A stretch of DNA of 64,000 bases from Candidatus Dadabacteria bacterium (GCA_963805855.1 CAWDVW010000006.1:1-64000), one strand, 5' to 3'; positions 21,549 through 31,502 are shown, counted from the first letter of the stretch. Numbers and translations: made by a program. Notes: generated by a model not told the origin, from the letters alone.

Positions 21549-22139
21549 TTAACTACTATTCTTTTTCGTTTTTCCATAAATCATGAGTTGATATCTATTT
21601 TTGAGGCCTAATTTAGTAAAGATATTCGTTAAGTGTGCCTTTACAGTACGCTGTGTAATCGAAAGTTTCCCAGCAATCTCTTTGTTACTGCTACCTTTGG
21701 TAATTTCTTTTATAATTTTCATTTCTTGGTCTGTTAGCTTAGGTTTGTGCTCCGGTTCGTTACTACTAAGTCGTTTTTCTATTTGACTTTCCCCTCTTAT
21801 AATTTGTAATAGATCTTCGTAATTGCTGTACTTGCTTAGATACATAATATTAGCAAAATCTTGAACATCTTCCTTTGGACCATCCATTATCATAATCTTT
21901 GTTTGGGGACTGCTTTTGTTTATTGATTTAGATAGCTTTGCGATATCTAAACCAAGCATCCGGTTATCAATCAGTATAAAGTCTGGTTTAATTTCATGAG
22001 CAATATTTACTATCTCTTTATGTTGTTCAGCTTCAACTATACGTTCAATATCGCCTTCATCATCTAAAATTTTACGGACGCCTTCCAAAAATAATCTTGA
22101 ACCTGAGGCTAACAATATCTTAATTGCCATCTCCTCCAC
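21549..22139 (-). CDS. NarL/LuxR-family response regulator with an atypical receiver domain
   Basis: C-terminal LTDQEMKII..GSSNKEIAGKLSITQRTVKAHLTNIFTKL; the receiver lacks the N-terminal acidic pair (LLASGS). Confidence 0.9.
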   Translation of the reverse strand: MEEMAIKILLASGSRLFLEGVRKILDDEGDIERIVEAEQHKEIVNIAHEIKPDFILIDNRMLGLDIAKLSKSINKSSPQTKIMIMDGPKEDVQDFANIMYLSKYSNYEDLLQIIRGESQIEKRLSSNEPEHKPKLTDQEMKIIKEITKGSSNKEIAGKLSITQRTVKAHLTNIFTKLGLKNRYQLMIYGKTKKNSS

Positions 22140-22255
22140 GAGGACTATGATACATTACCGATGTAATTGCAGTCAAGGGGAATAAGCGTAGGGGGTCACC
22201 CATAAGCCAATCCCTGTCAATTGGGTAAAGTCCACCCTCCGGTTAAGAAAAGGGT

Positions 22256-22359
22256 TTAGATGACGTGAAAGAAGGCTCCTGGGAACCGGACTCGGAGGGG
22301 GCGAGACATAATTCGAAGATTGTTGGGGAAACAACGATTTGTCAACAAACGTTTTGACC
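22256..22359 (-). pseudogene. 5' remnant of a RAYT/Y1 transposase
   Basis: ATG 22309 reads MSRPLRVRFPGAFFHVI*; the upstream region is homologous to 23810-23891 and 27510-27593. Confidence 0.7.
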
Positions 22360-22444
22360 AGTATCTCGTTTGTTTTGCAAGTTATTACAATCTTTACAGC
22401 AAGTTATGAACTTAGAATGGAAATTTTCATCGGAGGTAATGGGC

Positions 22445-23623
22445 ATGCAAATAAGAAAGGGAACATGGTTTGATGTAATTGTAGTAGGGGCTGGTCCTAG
22501 TGGTCTTTTAATTGCATCTATTCTGGCCGAATCTGGGTTTAGTGTTGCTGTATTTGAGCAAAATTCAGAAGTCGGTAAAGATGTTGTTTGCTCAGGCGTT
22601 ATGAGTAAAGAGGCCTTTTCCAGATACGATTTACCTCAGAAAGCAATTGTAGGTAGATTAAGAGAGGCGGATTTATTCTCTCCAGGAGGAAGTTGTATTT
22701 CTTATGTTCATCCGGAAGAGGCGGTAATAGTTGTCGATAGACATGTTTTTGATAAAGGGCTAGCTGAAGTTTCAATCGCAAACGGTGCAGAGATTTGGCT
22801 AAATACAAGAGTTTCTTCTCTTTCGGTAAGTGATAACTATGTCGAGGCTAGCCTCAAATCAGAAGAAGGCCAAACGAAGGTATTTGCACATATTGCAGTA
22901 ATTGCGACAGGAGTTAGATATAACCTTCAAACCACACTTGGGCTGGGTCGACCAAAAAAGATCATCAAGGGTCTTCAGTTAGAAATTTTAACCGAGGATA
23001 TTGAGCGTTTAAGAATGTACTGGGGAGGGAAATATTCAACTGGCTTTTTTGGATGGGCAATACCACTCACAGGTGGTAGAACTAAAGTTGGTGTTATGAC
23101 CGAGGGTCACGGCATGAATGGGTTAAATAGCATATTATCTGAAATTGGGAACTATACTGAAATGTGCTCGGAGAGAAATGGAGTTAAAAGAAGAGGTATA
23201 GCTTTTGGAACGATCGCACGTACTTACTCCGACAGGATTATTGTCATCGGTGAAGCAGCCGGTCAGATCAAAACAACAACTGGCGGGGGTATTTACTATG
23301 GTCTTATAAGTGCAGAATTAGCGTCAGAAGTGATAACAAAGGCTTTCAAAAATGGATCCTTGAAAGCGGAAAACCTTTCTGAGTATGAGTCGAAATGGAG
23401 AAAGATCTTAGGAAAGGAAATTGTTATCGGAGAATACCTCCACAAGTTTTATTCGAAATTGAGTGACAAGTCTTTGGATGAACTGTTTGTTGCAGCCAAA
23501 GAGGATGGCCTTCTTCCGTTTATAGCAAAGAGCGGAAAATTTGACTGGCATACGAATGCAATCATAAAGATATTTAGAAGTCCCAACTTAAGAAGCGTGC
23601 TTTGGCAGGGATTTATAGGGTAA
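22445..23623 (+). CDS. Geranylgeranyl-reductase-family FAD oxidoreductase
   Basis: DVIVVGAGPSG, CSG, VDRHVFD, FGWAIP, GEAAGQIKTTTGGGIYYG. Confidence 0.88.
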   Translation: MQIRKGTWFDVIVVGAGPSGLLIASILAESGFSVAVFEQNSEVGKDVVCSGVMSKEAFSRYDLPQKAIVGRLREADLFSPGGSCISYVHPEEAVIVVDRHVFDKGLAEVSIANGAEIWLNTRVSSLSVSDNYVEASLKSEEGQTKVFAHIAVIATGVRYNLQTTLGLGRPKKIIKGLQLEILTEDIERLRMYWGGKYSTGFFGWAIPLTGGRTKVGVMTEGHGMNGLNSILSEIGNYTEMCSERNGVKRRGIAFGTIARTYSDRIIVIGEAAGQIKTTTGGGIYYGLISAELASEVITKAFKNGSLKAENLSEYESKWRKILGKEIVIGEYLHKFYSKLSDKSLDELFVAAKEDGLLPFIAKSGKFDWHTNAIIKIFRSPNLRSVLWQGFIG

Positions 23624-23651
23624 CGATAAAATAGAGATTTTTAGAAATTTT

Positions 23652-23891
23652 TTAAAGATAATGGTTTCCCATAGGGCAATACGCGAAGACTTCTACCCGC
23701 CAGAGTTCGTGAATCTCCGACACAGTTTTTAAAAATTCCTCATGGTCACTCTTCTCAAGAAATATCTTCCTTCGCCACATTCCACGATTCATTGCGCGAT
23801 ACGTAGGCACCCGGGAACTGGATTCGCAGTGGGGAGACATAATTGGAAGGCTATGGGGAAATAACAATTTGTCAACAAAAGGTTTGACTCC
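23652..23891 (-). pseudogene. Truncated RAYT/Y1 (HUH) transposase
   Basis: YRAMNRGMWRRKIF..DHEEFLK..VEVFAYCPMGNHYL is the degraded YH..NRG..AYCLM.NHxH motif. Confidence 0.8.
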
Positions 23892-24595
23892 TATTGTATG
23901 ATGGTATAAGTTCGTTCTTCAACAGCTCTCGTTGCTTCCGGTCCTATTATTTCTTTTAGTATTGATAACGGCTTTATAAAAAGCGGCGGTCGGTTAGTTG
24001 CTGAATGGGCATCGGAAGCAATAAGGTGAATCAGTCCGTGCCTGGCGATCCAGGTAGCGCAGTCCTTAGGTTTTATTCCAAAGTGCCCAAGCAAACTCGA
24101 AGATGTGATCTGGATTAGTGCTCCGGACTCAACCATTACTTCCAATCTTTTTGGATTAGACTGTACTTCTTGACATCTTTCAGGATGAGCAAGTATTGTT
24201 GTGATACCAATTTGTTGTAATCGCACGATTAGTTCCTCAATTTTATATGGCATTGACGTGAAAGGTGATTCTAATAGAATGTGAGAGCCGCCGCCAAGGG
24301 TAAGAACACTACCGTTATTTAATAGTTCGATTAAATTATCGGTCATTCCGACTTCCATTCCAGGAAGTATTTTTAAAGGAATATTCTCAGCCTTAGTTTT
24401 CTCATTTAAGATACCTACCATTTCTATGACCTGACTAGGATCAGGTTGCCAATGGCTACCCTTTATCCAATGAGGTGTAGTTATCGCAGTGTGAATTCCC
24501 TCCCCGTCATATATTCTTGCCAATTCCAGACTTTCTTCCCATGAGCTGGGACCGTCATCAATATTCGGAAGAAGATGACAATGGATGTCAATCAT
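23891..24595 (-). CDS. PHP-family tyrosine phosphatase (CpsB/CapC/YwqE)
   Basis: MIDIHCHLLPNIDDG, TPH, GMEV, AHPER, IASDAH. Confidence 0.93.
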   Translation of the reverse strand: MIDIHCHLLPNIDDGPSSWEESLELARIYDGEGIHTAITTPHWIKGSHWQPDPSQVIEMVGILNEKTKAENIPLKILPGMEVGMTDNLIELLNNGSVLTLGGGSHILLESPFTSMPYKIEELIVRLQQIGITTILAHPERCQEVQSNPKRLEVMVESGALIQITSSSLLGHFGIKPKDCATWIARHGLIHLIASDAHSATNRPPLFIKPLSILKEIIGPEATRAVEERTYTIIQ

Positions 24596-25175
24596 AATTC
24601 AAAAAGACGTAATGCCCCGGAAATTTCACCAATTACATTCAGAAGAAGACCAAAACACTAAAGTTTCGTTCCAGTACAAACAACTGATTAATCTCGTTGC
24701 GTAATCCATAAGTAGCTGTAATGAGAAAACTCATAATGACTATTATCATCCATGATAACTCTAATTTTAAGTTATACAAAAAGTAGGAAGTCATGAAACC
24801 AAATGGGATTTGTAAGAAAAGTGGGGTACGTCATCTTGTAAAGGCAGACTTTGCAATGAAATACCTGGAATTGACGAGGGGCAAAATAAAAAACCAGAAT
24901 CTAGAATCAACCCTGTTCCGCTAAGCCAACATTGCTTAGTCATCTTATTATACTGAACTCTGAATTTTGGAAGTTTTAGATTTACGTCTTTAATAGACGC
25001 TAAAGAGGCGGGGTATCTTAGAGGAGGATGGCATAAATTTTCAAGCAAGTAAGCAAAAGATCGAGATGCACAGATTTTTCCATATAGATAGCCCCGCCTC
25101 AAGTATATATACCCTACATCAAAAAAGATTTTATTAATATTGGACAAAGGTAGTTTATTAAAACTATCGATAGTA

Positions 25176-25517
25176 TTATATTGCCGATAATTTTGCGTAA
25201 ACTTCTTTAATTTTTTCGGGCCGACTTGTTATTTTTACGCCCATTTTGGATTGATACCGTTTTAAGCTTGAATTCGACCATTTAATGATACCCTGAAGTT
25301 TCAATGTCTCTTTACCTAGAAACAAATCGCCAACTATTCTAGTTTTAGGCACTAATAGTTTTTTACCTTCTATTCCAATTCCACCTTCGGAAATATTATA
25401 CGTAAGACCATCATAAACTGGTTTGCATGTACCGTATTTAATTTTCGTTTTGAACTGTAGCCTCTTAGATAATCTCCTATCGGCCGTGTAGGCCGATGAA
25501 TTCGTCAATTTACTCAT
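25176..25517 (-). CDS. Stand-alone PilZ-domain protein
   Basis: RRLSKR (RxxxR) and NISEGG (NxSxxG). Confidence 0.88.
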   Translation of the reverse strand: MSKLTNSSAYTADRRLSKRLQFKTKIKYGTCKPVYDGLTYNISEGGIGIEGKKLLVPKTRIVGDLFLGKETLKLQGIIKWSNSSLKRYQSKMGVKITSRPEKIKEVYAKLSAI

Positions 25518-26062
25518 TGAATTAACATATGTATCGTTTTTTGGACAAAAAACATTAATACTTCCCCAGAAAGTATATTATTTACCCTTATTAATAGGGC
25601 ATAAAAATAAGAAAACATGGAATGATAAATGAGATCAATGCCAGGATCAGGCGATTCTATTGTTTTCCTATGTCTCCCTGCGATTTATTATTCTCGGTTT
25701 TTATTTTATGATCTCACAGTATCTGATTTTTGAAAATTAATATACTGGACTATTGTATTATTTTTGGTAGAAAAAAGGCTTAAAAAAAGAGTTTAATCAA
25801 GGAAAGAAATGGAATGAGTTTCTTCTAATAATCCTGTTAGTAAATCAGTCCAGGCCTTTCCGGAATGATTAGGCAACTCATCTATCAGAGCAACTTCGAG
25901 ATACTCTCTTTGAAGAAAGTGTCAAAGAGTTCTGGAGAAATTAGTAACCTTCAGCAGAAAGAATTGAAACAATTTCCTTATAAACGAAAAATTGTAAGAC
26001 TGATTATACATATAATGGGTTTATAAGAACTATTGGTTGTTTACCGCTATAAATGGTTCTTG

Positions 26063-27127
26063 CTATTGATCGATTTTTCTTACTAGCTTCTCGGATATCC
26101 ATCCTTCTTCTTCATCTTTTGTTTTGATTTTCACCCAGATACCTCTTTGCTCATTTAGGTATTCTAGTTTATCTCCTCCCTCCGCGGTAGATATAACAGT
26201 GTAATTAATTCCGGGGCCCTTTCTTAAATTGGCTCCTGGATCTTCTACTGTTAACAGTATTTTCTTACCGATGGGTTTTGTTTGCTTTCGCTCAATGTGG
26301 GATTCCTTCGTTTTTTCCGAGTTGGTCGCCTGTGGTGGTTCGTGATGGATAGCAACTTTTCCTTCAGCTTCGTGTGTATTACTATCAGTCTTTTCTGTGA
26401 GAGTGTCTGAGGAAATTTCTTGCGTTTTCTTAGGTATAACTTTTAGTGAAAACTCATTTGGAATTAAAAAATAAAACGCCGTTATTCCAATAACGAATCC
26501 GATAACCAAGGAAAATAGACTAAAAATGGCGGTTGTCCGCTTCGCGGGGGAATCCTGTTTTGCTGAGGCTCTAGAATCATCCGCAGCATCGGGTTTATAT
26601 TGCGTCCTAGAATATATTTCACTTGGTGATTTTATTTCACTTTTATCTGATTCCCCAATCTCTTTGACGTTTTCTAAAATACAACTCTCTAATCCAGAAA
26701 GTCGAGATTCGAGCTCATTTTGAGTTGTTTTGAGTTCCAGGCCATATAATCTCTCGATAGACTCAAGGTCCTTGATGTCGGCTATTCTTCTTGATTCTAA
26801 TGAGTCGTTTAGCTTTCTCGTATTTTTTATAGTTTCATCGACTAGACTGTTAAGATCATCTATATATTTTTTGAGTTCTTCATTATGCGGGATTGATTGG
26901 CCAGAATTTGCGATGAATCTGCGACTGATTTCTTTCTCCAGCTCAAATAATCTTATGCTAAATTCTACTAGGGTCTTTTGGAAATCTATTGCTTTTAAAT
27001 TAAGAGATTCAACATTCCTTAACGAAATTTCTTTGGACTGTGAAATTAGACTAACTGTTCTCATAAGTCTAATTAAGTCCAGTTCAAATTCCGAAAAGAG
27101 CCTTTTTAATCTGTCATTGGAAGCCAT
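26063..27127 (-). CDS. Coiled-coil / single-TM / C-terminal bacterial SH3 protein
   Basis: TM AIFSLFSLVIGFVIGITAFYFLI; ANLRKGPGINYTVI..WVKIK..EGWIS. Confidence 0.8.
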   Translation of the reverse strand: MASNDRLKRLFSEFELDLIRLMRTVSLISQSKEISLRNVESLNLKAIDFQKTLVEFSIRLFELEKEISRRFIANSGQSIPHNEELKKYIDDLNSLVDETIKNTRKLNDSLESRRIADIKDLESIERLYGLELKTTQNELESRLSGLESCILENVKEIGESDKSEIKSPSEIYSRTQYKPDAADDSRASAKQDSPAKRTTAIFSLFSLVIGFVIGITAFYFLIPNEFSLKVIPKKTQEISSDTLTEKTDSNTHEAEGKVAIHHEPPQATNSEKTKESHIERKQTKPIGKKILLTVEDPGANLRKGPGINYTVISTAEGGDKLEYLNEQRGIWVKIKTKDEEEGWISEKLVRKIDQ

Positions 27128-27227
27128 CGTATGGGAGTCAAATCTTTTGTCAATTAATTATATCATTTATTCTCTCCACCTGTTTTCTAAATCGTTTCTC
27201 GGTTCTCATCTTCATTCTTACTTCGTG

Positions 27228-27593
27228 TTAAGCCAAACCTACCCTCCCATAACTACTAACTTCAAACCTTTCTGCCACCTCTTTTAAACTCAGGTTACGG
27301 TGGCGCCCCACTAAATACATATCTACCTTCCTCGCTTCACTTCTCCTCCCCCTCCGCCCATTTATCACCTCCTCCAGCTTTATCCCATTTGCTTCTGCTA
27401 CCATATCTACCACCTTGTCCACTGATGGCCTTCCGCCTGTCCTGAGCCAGGTCGAAGGGCCTGTCCTCTCCGCCGTGATATTCTACGATTCGTGATGTGA
27501 TATGTAGGCAGCCGGGAACTGGATTCGCAGGGCGTGAGACATAATTATAACGTTATGGCAAAGTAATAATTGGTCGACAAAGGGTGTGACTCC
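27228..27593 (-). pseudogene. Internally deleted RAYT remnant (5' end plus C-terminal HTH)
   Basis: ATG 27542 gives MSHALRIQFP..YHITNR; C-terminal EARKVDMYL..LSLKEVAERF (DnaA_C-like HTH typical of RAYTs); a CCCTTCGAC..CTCAGG repeat lies at the junction. Confidence 0.7.
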
Positions 27594-27775
27594 TATTCCT
27601 ATTGCGAGTAACTTTTAATCCAAGTCATAGTTTAATGACAATAGAAGAGGTTTGGAAATTTACGTATAGGTATTTCGAAAATGGGCATTTGCCAGGTTGA
27701 AAATCGGTGAAGAGTTAATATACTAAGAACCAAAAATTGCCAAAAGCGAACATGCGAAGTGCAAAGAGGTGAGTT

Positions 27776-28204
27776 ATGCAGACCAAATCTTTTTATCGTA
27801 GAATGTTAATAATCTATCTCTCTGTTTTAGTATTTTGCTCGTTTAATGCATATTCGGCGGATTGGCAGCCATTGGGGGAAGCTCCAGAATCTCCAAAATT
27901 CGGCAAAACTGATTATTTTGTCGATATTGAGAGTATTAGTATAAATGGTAATATTAGGAGCGTCTGGTTAAAGTCTGTGTTTTCTAAGCCACAGGTATAT
28001 ACGCAAGGAAAGACCTATACCGATTTTTTGAGTTTTACATATTATAATTGCTCCAACAAGACTTATGGGGTAACCAGGATAGACGTCTATAGTCCGGATG
28101 GGGAACTTGTGGGATCAGAAAAACAGGATCTCAATTATGTCCCGATACCGGAGGGGAGTTTAGACGAAAAAATATATGAATTTATTTGCAAGTATAAGAA
28201 GTAG
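27776..28204 (+). CDS. Secreted surface-adhesin-E-like protein
   Basis: Signal AYSA|DW; YFVDIESI, VWLK, YNCSNK, IPEGS, FIC. Confidence 0.7.
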   Translation: MQTKSFYRRMLIIYLSVLVFCSFNAYSADWQPLGEAPESPKFGKTDYFVDIESISINGNIRSVWLKSVFSKPQVYTQGKTYTDFLSFTYYNCSNKTYGVTRIDVYSPDGELVGSEKQDLNYVPIPEGSLDEKIYEFICKYKK

Positions 28205-28284
28205 ATAAATCTTTTGACTTCATTGCATCTTCCGGTGGGGAATTCCCATCAAAATCATATTATAATCTCAAGAGAGGAGAAGAG

Positions 28285-28686
28285 ATGCGAAAAAAGATTA
28301 AGATTATGACGGTATTATCAACATTGCTATGCTCGATTCTGTTTTTTGCTTATCTGTCTAATGCGCAAGATTCTTCTGTTGGCGTATCGGAATCCACCAT
28401 AAAAGAGGTGGTTTCCTCTCCCGATGAATACGAAGGAAAAAAAATTACGGTCGAGGGAGAGGTTTCCAGGTTGAAATTTACTAAATCATTTACGGGGAAG
28501 CCGTATACTTTATTCGAATTGGCGGATCCTGCGAAGAATATGATAAATGTTTATGCTGAGGGGCACTTGGACATCGAAAAAGGTAAAAAACTCCGAATCC
28601 ACGGGAAGTTCAGCACGAAAAAGAATTATTTTCTGTTTAAGTTTAAGAATGTCGTAAAGGCGAAAACTTTTGAGATCTTGGGTTAA
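28285..28686 (+). CDS. Secreted OB-fold-like hypothetical protein
   Basis: Signal peptide; SPDEYEGKKITVEGEV..YTLFEL..INVY. Confidence 0.65.
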   Translation: MRKKIKIMTVLSTLLCSILFFAYLSNAQDSSVGVSESTIKEVVSSPDEYEGKKITVEGEVSRLKFTKSFTGKPYTLFELADPAKNMINVYAEGHLDIEKGKKLRIHGKFSTKKNYFLFKFKNVVKAKTFEILG

Positions 28687-28814
28687 CAGGCTCTTTGGGG
28701 CCATAAACAAAGCAAATATTAAATTGTTTCGTTTCCGCTAAAAGAAGGTATTCCGGGAGTTTTTTCGGGATATTCGTTTAAGACATTTCGAATTTATTTA
28801 TGTTCTTAAGTTCT

Positions 28815-29294
28815 TCATGCCTCGTGTTTTTTTCTTTCAAGCGCCCTAGTTTTTATGGCTCTTCCGATTTCCCAGTTCTCTTTATCCGTGTCGGTCAGGA
28901 CCTTTACTGAGGGTACAGGCTTCGGATTTCCGTTTTTGTCTATTGCAACGTATATGAAATATCCTTCGCAACAAAAATCTTTGTTGCCGGTGAATTTTTC
29001 GATCCTATGTACCTCAACACTCACAACCATCGATGTCTCGCCGGTGTATAGCACTCTTCCCTTTTGTTCTATAATATCCCCTAGTTTTATGGGTGTTTTA
29101 AAATCAAGCGCTTCGATGGACGCTGTGACAACCTCCTCGTTACAAAAAAGCATAGCAGCAAGCCCCCCGGTTATGTCCATAAAAGAGACAAGTGTGCCAC
29201 CAAATATGTTCCCGTAGTGATTGGTATGTGGTGGAAGAACCAGTTCGGTGTTGGTCACCTCAGTAGGTTCTTTAGCCTTCGATTCTTTTGACAT
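28815..29294 (-). CDS. Acyl-CoA thioesterase (hotdog fold, YciA-like)
   Basis: HTNHYGNIFGGTLVSFMD, VTASI, GETSMVV, YVAID..PKPVP. Confidence 0.93.
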   Translation of the reverse strand: MSKESKAKEPTEVTNTELVLPPHTNHYGNIFGGTLVSFMDITGGLAAMLFCNEEVVTASIEALDFKTPIKLGDIIEQKGRVLYTGETSMVVSVEVHRIEKFTGNKDFCCEGYFIYVAIDKNGNPKPVPSVKVLTDTDKENWEIGRAIKTRALERKKHEA

Positions 29295-29469
29295 TTGGAG
29301 TTCGCTTCTCCCCTCCTTGAATTGAATGAGTATTCAGGGATATTAGATTTTACCCACTTTGACTATTGGTTTCATTATTTAAAAGTTATGGCTCACGAAC
29401 GTCCAAAAAAAAATTTATGACGGCTTTTGTAAATTTGATTCTTTCTAGTTTGTCCCTGATAGTATTTGT

Positions 29470-30309
29470 ATGAATTCCTATCACTACAGGCGCGTTTCAT
29501 GTTTAGTAGAAGGTGTCGGTAAAGAATTTGAGTTTCTAGACTTTTCAAACATACTCCCCACAATCGTTTTATTAACAGTTCTTCTATCTTCCTATGACGA
29601 TGCATTAGCCGTAGGTGGTATTTCCAATACAAAGGTTATAGTGCCTAGCGCAGAATCGGTTCCTAAGAAGCATCTTGAGATTGAACCGTTTTTTGGTCTG
29701 GTCTTTGCCGATGATGAGGATAACTCGGTTGGATTCGATGCCGGCAGCCGTCTTACCTTTGGTTTATTGGATAACTTGGAGGCTGGTGCGAATATTGGGT
29801 ATCTGTCCATTGCGGATTCGGATGTCATAGATACAGAAGCGGATTTTGGGAATGTAGAGGCCGGAATGAAATTCAGGTTCATTGATGAAGGAGCTAACTT
29901 CCCCTTCTCGCTGGCGTACCAGGGTGGACTCACATTTCCAACCGGTGGCAGTAACGACCTCTGGGTGTTCGAGCCATTTGGATTTATTCTTACAAAAAAT
30001 TTCAGCGATTCATTCTCCATGGATGCAGATTTTGTTCTTGCCCTGGTTGAAGATAAAAGTGTCGGGTTCGTCGCTGAAATAGGTTTTGGATACTTTGTTA
30101 AACCCTGGTTTCAACCGGTCATTGAGGCTGGATATTCACTTGATAGTGCCGAAGGCGAAGATAGTATTTCCGTATTTAATGTAACCGCCGGGTTTACAGC
30201 TCCCGTATCGGAAATGCTGACGATAATTTTTGGAGTTACTCCCGATCTTCATACAAGGAATGTGGACAAAGAAATATTGATCACGGCAGCATTTACATTT
30301 CTTTTTTGA
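29470..30309 (+). CDS. Putative outer-membrane beta-barrel protein (start uncertain)
   Basis: Signal-like segment ending ALA; amphipathic strands; FGNVEAGMKFRF, GLTFPTG; C-terminal Phe. Confidence 0.7.
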   Translation: MNSYHYRRVSCLVEGVGKEFEFLDFSNILPTIVLLTVLLSSYDDALAVGGISNTKVIVPSAESVPKKHLEIEPFFGLVFADDEDNSVGFDAGSRLTFGLLDNLEAGANIGYLSIADSDVIDTEADFGNVEAGMKFRFIDEGANFPFSLAYQGGLTFPTGGSNDLWVFEPFGFILTKNFSDSFSMDADFVLALVEDKSVGFVAEIGFGYFVKPWFQPVIEAGYSLDSAEGEDSISVFNVTAGFTAPVSEMLTIIFGVTPDLHTRNVDKEILITAAFTFLF

Positions 30310-30377
30310 CGTGTTTAAAGTTATAGCGGAATTACAATTAAGCGGAATCCTGTATGTCCTCATTTCATTGATTTTCT

Positions 30378-30697
30378 GGAGGACTAAAGTCTCCTCCGCT
30401 ACAGCTTTGGCCTACTCGTGACAGAAGAGGGGTTCATTCCCATTGGTTTTCCTCGGGGCTTGTAGCAGTGCGGCGATCTCATGAACTGTCATTCCCGCGG
30501 ATTCCCCGTTAAGCTCATACGGGGACAAGCGTTGGCGGGAATCCATGTCTTTATGTCTTGATCCCCGATTACGGAATTCGGGGATGAAAATAGGGGATGG
30601 GTCGCATTTAGTCTTGCGAGGAGTGTCCCGCAAATGTAGCGGAAACCTTTAGGTTTCCATTTCATCAATTTTTAGAAGGAATAAAGTCCTCCGCTAC
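30378..30697. repeat. REP cluster containing a 62-bp heteromeric REP doublet (30636-30697) and an RPE-like hairpin (about 30487-30587)
   Basis: GTAGCGGAAACCTTTAGGTTTCC, 16-nt spacer, GAAGGAATAAAGTCCTCCGCTAC; GTCATTCCCGC..GCGGGAATCCA. Confidence 0.75.
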
Positions 30698-30706
30698 ATC
30701 CTCTCC

Positions 30707-30749
30707 TTGACATAGGAATATTTTTTCCTATAATTTAGACTAATCTAAA
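30707..30749 (+). promoter_or_regulatory. Consensus sigma70 promoter with an overlapping DtxR/MntR-type operator
   Basis: TTGACA (30707)-16 nt-TATAAT (30729), followed by the dyad TTTAGA-CTAA-TCTAAA (30734-30749). Confidence 0.75.
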
Positions 30750-30791
30750 CATTTTGATTGGTTGATCTAAAGATAAAATTAATACATTCAA

Positions 30792-31481
30792 ATGATAAGT
30801 CCGACGGTTGAAGATTATTTAAAAGCGATCTACAAGCTTCAAAAAGGGAAGGACAAGGTAACCACGTCCGCCATAGCTGAGAGGCTCCAACTATCTAACG
30901 CTACCGTGACTTCTATGATAAAGAAGCTGGCAAAGCAGAAATTTGTAAAACACATCTCCTATCATGGAGTTGTTTTGACAGATGCGGGTGAAAAGGTTGC
31001 TGTGAAGGTGATTCGTCGGCATAGGCTGGTCGAGCTTTTCTTGAAGGAGATTCTAAAGCTGGAGTGGGACAAGGTTCATGATGAAGCTGAAAAGCTCGAA
31101 CATTATATATCCGATGAAATTTTGGACAGTATAGACAGGGTCCTCGGATATCCCAAGGCCGATCCCCACGGAGATCCTATTCCGACCAAGGGTGGCGATA
31201 TCGAGAATATAGAAGATAGATATACCCTGGCCGATGCCGAAGTGGGTAAAACATTGACGATCCATAGCGTCAGTGATGGTGATCCCAATAAACTCCGCTT
31301 TATGTTTAAACTGGGATTACTTCCCGGCGTAAGTATAAGCATAAGGAGTAAGACTCCGTTTGAGGGAGATCTGGATATCAAGGTTGGCAAATCTCACTAT
31401 CACCTTCCGCTGGAGGTCGCAAAGAAGATTTATGTAACTCAGGTTGAAGAAACCCTCGATCAGGTGGACAAGAAGCATTAA
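30792..31481 (+). CDS. DtxR/MntR-family metal-dependent repressor with C-terminal FeoA/SH3 domain
   Basis: EDYLKAIYKL, RRHRLVELFL, VHDEAEKLEHYIS, DPHGDPIP. Confidence 0.96.
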   Translation: MISPTVEDYLKAIYKLQKGKDKVTTSAIAERLQLSNATVTSMIKKLAKQKFVKHISYHGVVLTDAGEKVAVKVIRRHRLVELFLKEILKLEWDKVHDEAEKLEHYISDEILDSIDRVLGYPKADPHGDPIPTKGGDIENIEDRYTLADAEVGKTLTIHSVSDGDPNKLRFMFKLGLLPGVSISIRSKTPFEGDLDIKVGKSHYHLPLEVAKKIYVTQVEETLDQVDKKH

Positions 31482-31502
31482 CTCGGAGAGGAATTAAAGA
31501 CA

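Noticed and set aside
24791-25147. 118-aa minus-strand ORF
   Set aside because: No recognisable motif, TTG start and no clear RBS; coding status unsupported
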